DNA from: an uncultured Planctomycetia bacterium
GTDB lineage: Bacteria; Omnitrophota; Gorgyraeia; Pluralincolimonadales; Pluralincolimonadaceae
Reading direction: 5' to 3'
NCBI GenBank assembly: GCA_964484255.1
Contig: CAZAEH010000001.1
Location: 4,674-68,673 of the forward strand
Length of the DNA stretch: 64,000 bases
Every line of letters begins with the position of its first letter. The first letter of the stretch is position 1. The notes beneath the pieces are model-generated. The model searched no databases, had not been told where the DNA came from, and was given only the letters and a program-made list of their open reading frames with translations. A program made the position numbers and the translations under genes. Below, in pieces: positions 52,859-61,311 of the stretch.

Positions 52859-54853
52859 TTAAACCCTTATAGGAAGTATGACCAATGGTATCCCTTCGTG
52901 GTAGAATTTCCTCTGCATCGAGAATACCGTGTAGTTATGGAGCAGCCTTGTAAGGAAGGTCTCCCTGGGAAAGACTATCTGGCCGCCGAAGAATACGGCC
53001 TGCGGATACTTTTCAGCGATTTGGGGAGCAAGCGTAGAAGCTTCGTCGATGACATCCGTCCCTATATTGAACATCCCTTCGGCGTGATAACCGTGTTTTT
53101 CTACAAAATCCACATACCTTTCTATCTCGCTCTTGGCGTGGGCTTCCAGCTTTTCGAGTTCCTCAGCCCCCTTGAAATTACCCGCATCTATTACGCCGAT
53201 CTGGACAAAAACGAAATTCTTGAATGAATCCCCGAAGAGCCTGAAGATATTGAACAGGGTATGCAGGCCCATTCCGTTAAAACCGTTCACAAGAAGCACC
53301 GCGGTCTTGGCTTCAGGGTCGAATTCCCCTTTTTCTTTCTTGGTTATGCCCGGGATATTCTCCGAGCTGGAATACCCTGCCGCCATGACGAGGTTATCGA
53401 GCCTCTTAAGAAGTTTGGCGGTATGTTCATAATGGCGCTTTATGCCAAGCACTATCAGGACCAGGGTACCGGTAACAAAAAGCGTGACCCATCCGCCCTC
53501 GTTGAACTTTATTATCGTCACCGAAACAAGTATGAAAGCGGTCAGTACAAGGCCTACGCTGTTGACCGCCATCTTTCTCCGCCAGTGGTCCAGCCTCATG
53601 CGGTTCTTCCACCAATAACGCACCATGCCCAACTGCGACAGCAAAAAAGTTATGAACACGTTTATACTATAAAGGACTACCAATAACGCTACCGAACCGC
53701 GCGTAGCAAGCATCATTATGAGGGCCGCTATGCCCATTATAAGCACGCCGTTCTGGGTCACAAAACGGTCGCTAAGGGTAGCGAACCTGCTCGGGACCCA
53801 ACGGTCAAGAGCCATGTTGGCAAGTATCCTGGGTCCGCCAACAAAACCGGTCTGGGCCGCCACGAACAACAACACCGCTTCGGAAACCAGCGTTATAAGA
53901 AGGAAAGGATACCCCCAGCCCTTCCCCCAGGGCTCGATAACACGCTCGAGCAACATTGCGTTCAGTGTCTTGCCTTCCTGGAATTGGACCCTGAAAAGGA
54001 CATATGCCAGCATCAATCCTACAACCGTAACTGCCAACGAAATAGCCATATAGTTCATGGTCCGCTTGGCCGTCTGCACCCTTGGTTCCCTTAACATAGG
54101 CAGCGAATTGCTCACGGCCTCGATACCGGTATATGTACCGGCACCCATACTGTAGGCGCGCAAGACCATTATTATCATCCCCACAGTCCCTAACGAAGCG
54201 GAAGTGGTATATAGATCGGCTTTCGTCGCCGAGACTACTTCAGGAAAATTCATCAGGTGGGTCACTATGGCATACAATATAACTATCACATGCGTCACGA
54301 CAAAGGTCAGGAATATCGGCATAAGGACCATTACCGATTCCTTCACCCCTCTTAAATTCAGTAATATCAGGAGGACTACCACCAGGGATGCAAAATAGAG
54401 CTTAAAAGGAAGCCATTCGGCCGGCAGGAAGCTGAATACCGCATCGGCACCGCTCGCAACCGACACGGTAATGGTTAATATATAGTCTATAAGCAAGGCG
54501 CTTCCGGAGACCATACCCGCTGTCGGCGACAGGAGTTTGCTGGCAACCAGGTAGCCGCCGCCGCCCGAAGGGAAAACTTCGATAAGCTGGGAATAACTGG
54601 AACTTATGACGAAGATCGTTACGGCAGATGCCAATGCGACAAAGATCCCCAGATACATATGGCCCTGCAGCGCGACAAAAGCTTCCTGGGGACCATAGCA
54701 CGAAGAAGACAATCCGTCGGCGCCGATACCCACCCAGGCGAAAAACGCTATAAGGGATATCTTGTGGAAAAGTTTCTCATCGTGCGGGTCATGTGCACCG
54801 CCGATAAATATCTTTTTTAATCTCTTTCCGATGCTGCTTTTTTCGGTTTCCAT
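52859..54853 (-). CDS. APC-superfamily transporter with C-terminal cytoplasmic (USP-like) domain; KimA-like
   Basis: 12 TM. LSSSCYGPQE and FPSGGGGYLVASKLLS resemble KimA motifs recalled from memory. 664 aa. Confidence 0.45.
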   Translation of the reverse strand: METEKSSIGKRLKKIFIGGAHDPHDEKLFHKISLIAFFAWVGIGADGLSSSCYGPQEAFVALQGHMYLGIFVALASAVTIFVISSSYSQLIEVFPSGGGGYLVASKLLSPTAGMVSGSALLIDYILTITVSVASGADAVFSFLPAEWLPFKLYFASLVVVLLILLNLRGVKESVMVLMPIFLTFVVTHVIVILYAIVTHLMNFPEVVSATKADLYTTSASLGTVGMIIMVLRAYSMGAGTYTGIEAVSNSLPMLREPRVQTAKRTMNYMAISLAVTVVGLMLAYVLFRVQFQEGKTLNAMLLERVIEPWGKGWGYPFLLITLVSEAVLLFVAAQTGFVGGPRILANMALDRWVPSRFATLSDRFVTQNGVLIMGIAALIMMLATRGSVALLVVLYSINVFITFLLSQLGMVRYWWKNRMRLDHWRRKMAVNSVGLVLTAFILVSVTIIKFNEGGWVTLFVTGTLVLIVLGIKRHYEHTAKLLKRLDNLVMAAGYSSSENIPGITKKEKGEFDPEAKTAVLLVNGFNGMGLHTLFNIFRLFGDSFKNFVFVQIGVIDAGNFKGAEELEKLEAHAKSEIERYVDFVEKHGYHAEGMFNIGTDVIDEASTLAPQIAEKYPQAVFFGGQIVFPRETFLTRLLHNYTVFSMQRKFYHEGIPLVILPIRV

Positions 54854-54862
54854 ATTCTCCTA

Positions 54863-56083
54863 CTATGTTACCACAAAAACTTCCCTTTTTACCAAAAAGA
54901 AAAGGGGCAGCGCAGCTATCTGCAGGACTACCGCGATAACTATTAGGGCCGCTATCGAATGGTCATAAAGAACTCCCATCAACGCGCTGCCTGCAAACAT
55001 CGCAAGGCCGTAAGCCGTATTAAATATTCCGTAGCCGGTCCCCCTCTTCTTCATAGGAGTCAGGTCGGCAATGGCGGATTTCATAATGGTCTCATGTATA
55101 CCCATGACTACTCCCCATATTACCGCACTTATAAACGCAAACGTGAAATTAACGGAAAAAGCAAAAAAAGGAATAAATATGGATAACAACGGTATTATAA
55201 GCAGGGTGCTGAGCCCGGCCTTTTCGTTATTGCTCCTGTTCTTAAGCCGGTCATAATACAAGCCTATAAACCATGCGGCAACGCCGTCCACGGCCATCGC
55301 TATGGCATAGAACAAAGGTATCTGTGCATCGGTCAAGACGTTCTTTGCCTTAAAATGATAACCTATAAGGGCAAAATTCACGAAACCCATCGTTGTAACG
55401 AATGTAAAAATAGTATATATCCAGAATATTCTCGAAAGCCTGTCGCTTTCCTGCGTCTTCCCGGTTGATATCTCGAGGCTCTCCGGATTAGGTACCCGTA
55501 TGAAGGCTATGGTTATGCAAATCATGACGAGAATAAAAGGCACCCAGAAAAGGCTGTAACCCTTCTGGTATTTGGCTATCTCGTTTACGGAGCTCCCCGC
55601 CAGCATAAAAAGACCCATCAGCAATAAAGGTCCTGCAAGCGCCCCTATCTGGTCCATCACCTCTGACAAAGCAAAACCGAAGCCTGTTCCCACTTGCTTC
55701 GATGCCTGGGAAACTATCGTATCCCTGGCCGGGGCCCTCAATGCTTTACCGAGCCTTTCCATTACTATAAAAAGCGCCGCCACTTGCCAGGTTCCCGTCA
55801 ATGAAAGCAATGGGACACTCGCCAGCATACCGTAACCTATGAACGTAAAAAGCCAATAGGCCCTTGTCCTGTCCGCAAAATATCCCGAGACAAGACGTAC
55901 GGCATATCCCACAAATTCACCCAGGCCGGCTATGAATCCTACTACAGCTGCATTCACCCCCAGCGTCTTCAAATACGGCCCGTTGACGCTGCGCGCTCCC
56001 TCATATACGATGTCGCCGAAAAGGCTAATCAGCCCGAAAAGTACTATAAGGTTTATAGCGGCTTTCCTGCCGTTACCGTTCAT
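54863..56083 (-). CDS. MFS transporter
   Basis: 12 TM, 406 aa. Confidence 0.6.
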   Translation of the reverse strand: MNGNGRKAAINLIVLFGLISLFGDIVYEGARSVNGPYLKTLGVNAAVVGFIAGLGEFVGYAVRLVSGYFADRTRAYWLFTFIGYGMLASVPLLSLTGTWQVAALFIVMERLGKALRAPARDTIVSQASKQVGTGFGFALSEVMDQIGALAGPLLLMGLFMLAGSSVNEIAKYQKGYSLFWVPFILVMICITIAFIRVPNPESLEISTGKTQESDRLSRIFWIYTIFTFVTTMGFVNFALIGYHFKAKNVLTDAQIPLFYAIAMAVDGVAAWFIGLYYDRLKNRSNNEKAGLSTLLIIPLLSIFIPFFAFSVNFTFAFISAVIWGVVMGIHETIMKSAIADLTPMKKRGTGYGIFNTAYGLAMFAGSALMGVLYDHSIAALIVIAVVLQIAALPLFFLVKREVFVVT

Positions 56084-56105
56084 CTATATGCAACAGCCTC
56101 CGTTA

Positions 56106-56414
56106 TTACGCTATCAATTCAAAAGCCTTCGTAACTTCCATGCCTTCTGTTATACCCAGTTCGCGGGCTTTCATGTTCACTTTCGAGATCTTCCTGTTTG
56201 GAAAACGCTCGAGCGAGCCTATCGGGTTATCAGGGGTGCTCTCAACCATCGCAGCGGCCATGTTGAACCTGTCGATAGCATCTATGTCGAACACCCCGCA
56301 TACCAGAAAACCTTTTTTCCCGGTGACCATGAGGATGCTAAAGCCGGTCCATTTAACCTGGATCCCCTCAACCAGTCCATTGCTCGTTTTATATGATCTG
56401 GTTATCGTCTCCAT
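56106..56414 (-). CDS. Small conserved protein (possibly DUF1805/YunC-like)
   Basis: 102 aa. GFLVCGVFDIDA...ELGITEGM pattern. Confidence 0.3.
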   Translation of the reverse strand: METITRSYKTSNGLVEGIQVKWTGFSILMVTGKKGFLVCGVFDIDAIDRFNMAAAMVESTPDNPIGSLERFPNRKISKVNMKARELGITEGMEVTKAFELIA

Positions 56415-56881
56415 CTTGCTGTCGCCTCCCCCTGCCTCTCATGGCGGTGCTTGGTATCCATTGCGATTATGAGCGTGCGCATGGTCTCACTTTCAGATAC
56501 CCACTTCAACCCGAGTATCAGAGAAGCCACCAGAAATTGCGCAAAATACTTAGGTACGGTAAACGACAAAATAAACGCTATAACGGTTGCCGTAAGCCAT
56601 ATATATCCCTGAAAACGTTTTTTCCTGATATCCATCCTGGCCAAACCTTTCGCTTTATTCCTCAGGCATTCTCCTGTCTGCGCCAAAGCACCCCTATTAA
56701 AAAGATCTTCCCCGGCCTTTGAGGTCCTTATGCTCTCTAAACAATGCTGACATGAGCAAGCATGCTCTTCCAGGCGTTCCCTTTCCCATTCCGTCATAGA
56801 GCCACCCAGATAAGCAGCTATGGTCCCTTCATCGGGACACCCCGTCTTTACCCCATGTAAGCCTACGATGGTCTCTTCCAT
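56402..56881 (-). CDS. Membrane anti-sigma factor with zinc-binding (ZAS-like) N-terminal domain
   Basis: HACSCQHC (Hx3Cx2C) plus one TM. The start overlaps the ECF sigma stop (ATGA). Confidence 0.55.
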   Translation of the reverse strand: MEETIVGLHGVKTGCPDEGTIAAYLGGSMTEWERERLEEHACSCQHCLESIRTSKAGEDLFNRGALAQTGECLRNKAKGLARMDIRKKRFQGYIWLTATVIAFILSFTVPKYFAQFLVASLILGLKWVSESETMRTLIIAMDTKHRHERQGEATARWRR

Positions 56882-56882
56882 A

Positions 56883-57509
56883 CTATAAAGGACGCTCTTT
56901 CTCCAGCTTTTCTTTCAAATATTTCTTTGCCCGGGCTATCGTGGTAGAGACCGTATTCACCGGCATCTTAACTGCTTCCGCGATCTCGATATGCTTCATC
57001 CCATGGAGAAGGTTAAGCTTTACCACCATTTTATCCCTTGGCCTTAAAGATTCTATCGCCGCATCGAGGACAGCGCGCGCCTCATTAAACTGCGCCTGCC
57101 TGTCCGGGTTTTCCATCCTTGCGGGCAGAAGGTCCTCAAGAGTGCCGGATCCGCCTTCGCCGTCATTAAATATCGCCTCGTGTATCGAAACGGAGCCTGG
57201 CGGCAGGGCCCTTTTGGCAGACCTGAAATGATCTACAGCCGCGTTCCCGGCAACCATTGATATCCATCCGGCAACCCTTTCCGGGTCCCTTAGCTGCCTG
57301 AGCTTTTCTCCTTCCCATAAAGCGACAAAGACATCCTGGTGGATGTCATTTATATCTTCTTCGTTGAAATCATACCCGCAGCGCTTAAGCCTGTCGCGTA
57401 TGGCCCAGTATACAAGTTTTGAGTACCTCTCGACAAAGACATCCCACGAACGCTTGTCTTTGCTTATACAACCCTGAAGGAGTTCCCTGATATCCCCGTT
57501 ACGCTCCAT
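56883..57509 (-). CDS. ECF-type sigma-70 factor
   Basis: Sigma-70 region 2 (DINDIHQDVFVALWE) and region 4 (IEIAEAVKMPVNTVSTTIARAKKYL). Confidence 0.75.
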   Translation of the reverse strand: MERNGDIRELLQGCISKDKRSWDVFVERYSKLVYWAIRDRLKRCGYDFNEEDINDIHQDVFVALWEGEKLRQLRDPERVAGWISMVAGNAAVDHFRSAKRALPPGSVSIHEAIFNDGEGGSGTLEDLLPARMENPDRQAQFNEARAVLDAAIESLRPRDKMVVKLNLLHGMKHIEIAEAVKMPVNTVSTTIARAKKYLKEKLEKERPL

Positions 57510-57511
57510 GA

Positions 57512-58132
57512 TTATTCTTTTGGCATTATCTTTTCTTCGAAAGCCTCAGCCGTAACGGGCATGCTCTCCTTAAATATCAGGAAAAGGGCTTTCGCGTATT
57601 CCCTTATCTCCGGCTGTGCGCCTCTATCCAGCCTGAGCTTCAGGAAATTCATCAGGGAACGGGCATTGACCGTCCAATAGAATAGGGTATATATAGACAG
57701 CGGAAGGACGCCGCGGGCTTGTTCGCGTTTGATCCCGGAGGAGACCATCGATTCATAAGCGTCAAAAGCGTCGTTAACCGACCTCCGGTATTTTTCCAGG
57801 GCCTCCCCTTCAAGGCTCGCGGGGGTGTAAAAATCCCTCTTCGCCAGGCAATAGCGTAAAGACATCTCGTTATAAGTACCGATACGGTGCCTTATCCATT
57901 GGCGGGCGACAAATATGGGACATTTTACATCGAACCTGAAATAGGCATGCTCAAAAGGCGTCCCGTGGTCTTTCTTTATAAGATGACGTATAAGCTTGGC
58001 GTCGGCATCGGCACCCTGCGGTTCGCTCATATAGCAGCGCCTGGCGCTTTCTATGACGGCCTTGTCGCCGCCCATCGAATCAACGAGGTTCACATAACCG
58101 TTATCGAGGATTTTTATGCTGGTTTCCGGCAT
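57512..58132 (-). CDS. thyX: FAD-dependent thymidylate synthase ThyX
   Basis: RHRIGTYNEMSLRY (RHRx7S) motif. The likely start is MPETSIKIL at 58132. The ORF track extends it to 58240. Confidence 0.8.
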   Translation of the reverse strand: MPETSIKILDNGYVNLVDSMGGDKAVIESARRCYMSEPQGADADAKLIRHLIKKDHGTPFEHAYFRFDVKCPIFVARQWIRHRIGTYNEMSLRYCLAKRDFYTPASLEGEALEKYRRSVNDAFDAYESMVSSGIKREQARGVLPLSIYTLFYWTVNARSLMNFLKLRLDRGAQPEIREYAKALFLIFKESMPVTAEAFEEKIMPKE

Positions 58133-58136
58133 TATA

Positions 58137-58304
58137 TTATTTTTTCTCTGCGGTTTCCGGTGAGACGTACTTCTTGGATTTTTCTTTTTTCTCGTAGCAT
58201 TCCGGGCAGTTATATATGGCTTTCGCCAGTGTCCTGTCATAGCCGGGTGCCACTACCACCCTCTTGACTTCCGGGACCTCGCGTCCGCACGTATCACATT
58301 TCAT
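58137..58304 (-). CDS. Small zinc-ribbon protein (55 aa)
   Basis: MKCDTCGREV...YNCPECYEKK has two CxxC pairs. GGAGG lies 5 nt upstream of the ATG. It is below the 60-aa ORF-track cutoff. Its stop lies 4 nt before the thyX start. Confidence 0.4.
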   Translation of the reverse strand: MKCDTCGREVPEVKRVVVAPGYDRTLAKAIYNCPECYEKKEKSKKYVSPETAEKK

Positions 58305-58357
58305 ATGCTGTCCTCCAGTGTGATGATTTTATCAATATACAGCCGCTTTTTCAATTC

Positions 58358-59185
58358 CTATTTAGGACGGCGCACGGCAAAAGCAAGAAAAAGACCTATT
58401 ATAATGATGCCGAATATAACGATGATCGCGGTCGAGAAAGAGACCGCAAAGGCAGCCTTGGGCGCTTCGAGCACGGCGATACCCCACTGGCTTGGGTCTG
58501 AATAAAGGTTCGTGGCCCCTGTCCAGGCAAATTGCAGCTCCCTCCTGTGTGTATCAGCGTCGTCAACGGCTATATCAAAATCGAATTTCCTGCCTGTTTC
58601 GGGCTTGAAACCGCCGAGTACCGCAAAAGGTATTCTGGCCTCGATTATATATCCCTTATCCCAGGGCTTGGAGACCACTTCGATGCCACTCTGGTAATCA
58701 TCGCGGCGCCAGACCCACTCGCAGGGCTTTATATCCTTGCCGTTACCCGTGCTCAAGCCTATCTGGTAATCGGATTTAGTGAAGAACATCCTGTCGGGAT
58801 CGGCCTTGTCATCCATGCCAAGCATGACCTCAAGCGCATCGCCATCCCAGATATCCGGGCCCTCCTTGCTGTTATCAAAAGGCGTATCATCGGTAATCTT
58901 CGCGGCAATAAAAAGGCTTTCGTCATCCCAAAGCAGGTAGATGTCGGCACTAAGGTCGTCCTTGCCTTCCCATTGGAAATACTTGAGCACATCACAGGAG
59001 CCGGAATCCATCCTGATGGCATATCCGGGATATTTTGACAGGTCGCAATCCGCCGTTACCGGTTTAGCCGCTTTATGGATATGCACTATGGGTTTCGCTC
59101 GGACTTTATCGGCCGCTTCGGCCTTTGCGGAAGGTAAAGAAAACAGAAAATAAACTAAAATGGCAAGAGTTAATGTTCTTTTCAT
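58358..59185 (-). CDS. Secreted beta-sandwich (carbohydrate-binding-like) protein with C-terminal TM anchor
   Basis: Signal peptide. Asp/Trp-rich ~200-aa domain. C-terminal hydrophobic helix plus RRPK tail. Confidence 0.35.
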   Translation of the reverse strand: MKRTLTLAILVYFLFSLPSAKAEAADKVRAKPIVHIHKAAKPVTADCDLSKYPGYAIRMDSGSCDVLKYFQWEGKDDLSADIYLLWDDESLFIAAKITDDTPFDNSKEGPDIWDGDALEVMLGMDDKADPDRMFFTKSDYQIGLSTGNGKDIKPCEWVWRRDDYQSGIEVVSKPWDKGYIIEARIPFAVLGGFKPETGRKFDFDIAVDDADTHRRELQFAWTGATNLYSDPSQWGIAVLEAPKAAFAVSFSTAIIVIFGIIIIGLFLAFAVRRPK

Positions 59186-59189
59186 CTGG

Positions 59190-59232
59190 TCCTCCGGGGA
59201 TTTTCTTTATTTTACCAAAAATCCCCGGAGGA
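59190..59232 (-). promoter_or_regulatory. 15-bp perfect hairpin that sequesters the Shine-Dalgarno of the downstream gene
   Basis: On the minus strand: UCCUCCGGGGAUUUU-loop(13)-AAAAUCCCCGGAGGA, then CCAG and AUG (gene 58358-59185). No downstream U-tract. Confidence 0.4.
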
Positions 59233-59257
59233 ATCCAGTTTTACATCAGCATACAGG

Positions 59258-59881
59258 TTATTGCATATCTACTATCTTGAGGCCGTCTACGTATATGGTA
59301 ACGGTTTTTTTGCCGGGGTTGTAAGCCGGACCAACGGCAAATTTGATCTCCTTGAGTTCTGAAGGATTGAAATCAACGCCCGTAACCATCTTGTTAGCGT
59401 TCCCGTCCCAATACTGGCCCTTCTTCGGGTAAGCATTGAACGGTATCACGGCCTTCTGCCAGTCCTTTGTTACCCTTACGTAGTTGGGAGAAGCCATCGC
59501 CCCGATCTCAGTCTTGTTCCCGTCCGAATCATCCGCGTCTATCAAGATAACTTCGAACTTTTCGCCGCCATCCTGTCCCTTGACCCAGAACTCCACTCCC
59601 GGTTTGTTGAACTTGGAAAGGTCGGTAAGCGGATAATGGCCCACCGCCGCGCCGGACCACTGGCCGCAATCAAGTACTGCCTTGAGGCATCCTTCACCCT
59701 CATGGCCTCCGGAACTTTCAACATCGAATGTAGTTCCTCCGCCGTACACATATTTATACATGCCGTTACTTTCATCGATAACATCGGTGAAAAAATCCAC
59801 GGATTCGGCATGCGCGAACTTCGCCGTGCCAGTAAGGGCTAGGCCGCACAATAACAGCATTACACACAATTTTCTTCCCAT
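59258..59881 (-). CDS. Secreted protein with Gly-rich beta-sandwich-like domain
   Basis: Start chosen at MGRKLCVMLLL, preceded by AAAAGGAGGGG SD. Signal peptide. The ORF track adds 12 residues upstream. Confidence 0.35.
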   Translation of the reverse strand: MGRKLCVMLLLCGLALTGTAKFAHAESVDFFTDVIDESNGMYKYVYGGGTTFDVESSGGHEGEGCLKAVLDCGQWSGAAVGHYPLTDLSKFNKPGVEFWVKGQDGGEKFEVILIDADDSDGNKTEIGAMASPNYVRVTKDWQKAVIPFNAYPKKGQYWDGNANKMVTGVDFNPSELKEIKFAVGPAYNPGKKTVTIYVDGLKIVDMQ

Positions 59882-59990
59882 CTTACCCCTCCTTTTTAAT
59901 ATGTATACCATATACATACCAGTATATACCGATAGAGGTCCAAGTCAAGGGTAATTTTTTGGCATTATACTGCAAATTTAGCGGGCGAAG

Positions 59991-60791
59991 CTACCATTTC
60001 TTGTCCAGGGGCATGTTTATCCTCTCCCTGAAACTCATTCTCCCCTCTATCTCACTTTCAACCTTACCCATCCTTTCACCCACATAAGGGTGGGTCTTGA
60101 AATAGGAATATGTCCTTATCTTGAGCTTGTCCTCGTTCTTCATCGTCTCCATGAAAGTGACAATACCCCTGGGGTCGTATCCGGCTTTCCTGGTATATAT
60201 TACCGCGCGTTTATCCGCCTCAAACTCATCCTCGCGTGAATACGCGGCCATCATAGAGTTTATTGCCAGGTTGGTGGCGCTTGCGGCGTTGCCTCCCTGC
60301 GTTGCCGCTACAAGTATAAGGCCCAGGTTGGCCAGAGAACTTTGCTGCAGTTTCTTCATATGATGGCGGGCCGCAATGTGCCCGATCTCATGGGCGATGA
60401 CCCCTGCAAGCTCGTCATCATTCTTGCACACGTCTATAAGCCCCTTGAATACATAAACCCATCCTCCGGGCAGGGAAACCGCGTTGATGTCATCGATGTC
60501 GATTACCTTAAAATGGTATATAACACCTTTGCGGTCTGCGTACTGGGCAAGCCTGTTGCCTATCAATTCCACTCTCTCTTGTAAATGCTTATCCCTGCAA
60601 GGCTTGTAATGCTGTTCGATCTGCTTCGCATAGGAGGCGCCCATCTCGGCTTCCTGTTCCGGGGAGATATAGACGGGTTCATCCTTACTTGTCACCGGAT
60701 TATACTCGGCCGAAGAACGGCCGGGTAACAACAGGAGACCCGCTAAAAAACATATTATAAGGATAAAACGATCCTGCCTCATCATAGGCAT
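59991..60791 (-). CDS. Secreted M48-family zinc metallopeptidase
   Basis: Signal peptide. HEIGHIAARH HExxH motif. Downstream Glu (EDEFEADKRAV). Confidence 0.7.
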   Translation of the reverse strand: MPMMRQDRFILIICFLAGLLLLPGRSSAEYNPVTSKDEPVYISPEQEAEMGASYAKQIEQHYKPCRDKHLQERVELIGNRLAQYADRKGVIYHFKVIDIDDINAVSLPGGWVYVFKGLIDVCKNDDELAGVIAHEIGHIAARHHMKKLQQSSLANLGLILVAATQGGNAASATNLAINSMMAAYSREDEFEADKRAVIYTRKAGYDPRGIVTFMETMKNEDKLKIRTYSYFKTHPYVGERMGKVESEIEGRMSFRERINMPLDKKW

Positions 60792-60802
60792 AAATTATCA
60801 TA

Positions 60803-60831
60803 TTGAAAAATAGAAGTAAAGCACTTATAAT
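60803..60831 (+). promoter_or_regulatory. Consensus sigma70-type promoter (TTGAAA-17-TATAAT) that places the TSS at or next to the ATG of the downstream lipoprotein gene
   Basis: The -10 ends 6 nt before the ATG at 60838. There is no SD in between. Sits in the divergent intergenic region shared with the M48 gene. Confidence 0.45.
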
Positions 60832-60837
60832 ATCTTT

Positions 60838-61311
60838 ATGAACAGGATATTGTGCCTTTTATTTTCGGTCGTTGTGCTTTCAAGCCTGCAAGGTTGCGCT
60901 CGCAATACACCAAGGGGCGATGTGATAGTCACTATAGGCAATTATTCCCTTTACAGGGATGATTTCATGTCGGAACTTTCCCTTTACCCCCCGGCATACC
61001 GTGAAGAATTCTCAAAAGAACAGATATTGAACGAAATAATACAGAAAAAGGTCCTGTTGCTCGAGGCGCAACGCATGGGGCTCGACAAAGACCCCCAATT
61101 CATGAAAATGATAGAAAGGTTCTGGGAGCAAAGTCTGCTGCGTTCCCTCTTGGAAATGAAATCCAGGGAAATACTTTCTTCTATTCCGGAAACAGATAAA
61201 GACCGCAATCTTGAGGCAGGCGAAAAGATGCGTAAATGGGTTGAGGAACTGGAAAAGAGCACCCCGGTGACAATTAACAAAGAAGCCCTTGAAAAGATAG
61301 ACTTAAAATGA
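60838..61311 (+). CDS. Lipoprotein with SurA-N-like chaperone domain
   Basis: Lipobox LQGC, 157 aa, largely helical. The stop overlaps the next gene's start. Confidence 0.45.
   Translation: MNRILCLLFSVVVLSSLQGCARNTPRGDVIVTIGNYSLYRDDFMSELSLYPPAYREEFSKEQILNEIIQKKVLLLEAQRMGLDKDPQFMKMIERFWEQSLLRSLLEMKSREILSSIPETDKDRNLEAGEKMRKWVEELEKSTPVTINKEALEKIDLK

Noticed and set aside
58358-58460. C-terminal hydrophobic helix plus basic tail of the secreted protein as a PEP-CTERM or LPXTG sorting signal
   Set aside because: There is no PEP or LPXTG motif immediately before the helix; the sequence is EAPKAAF. It is better described as a generic C-terminal membrane anchor.
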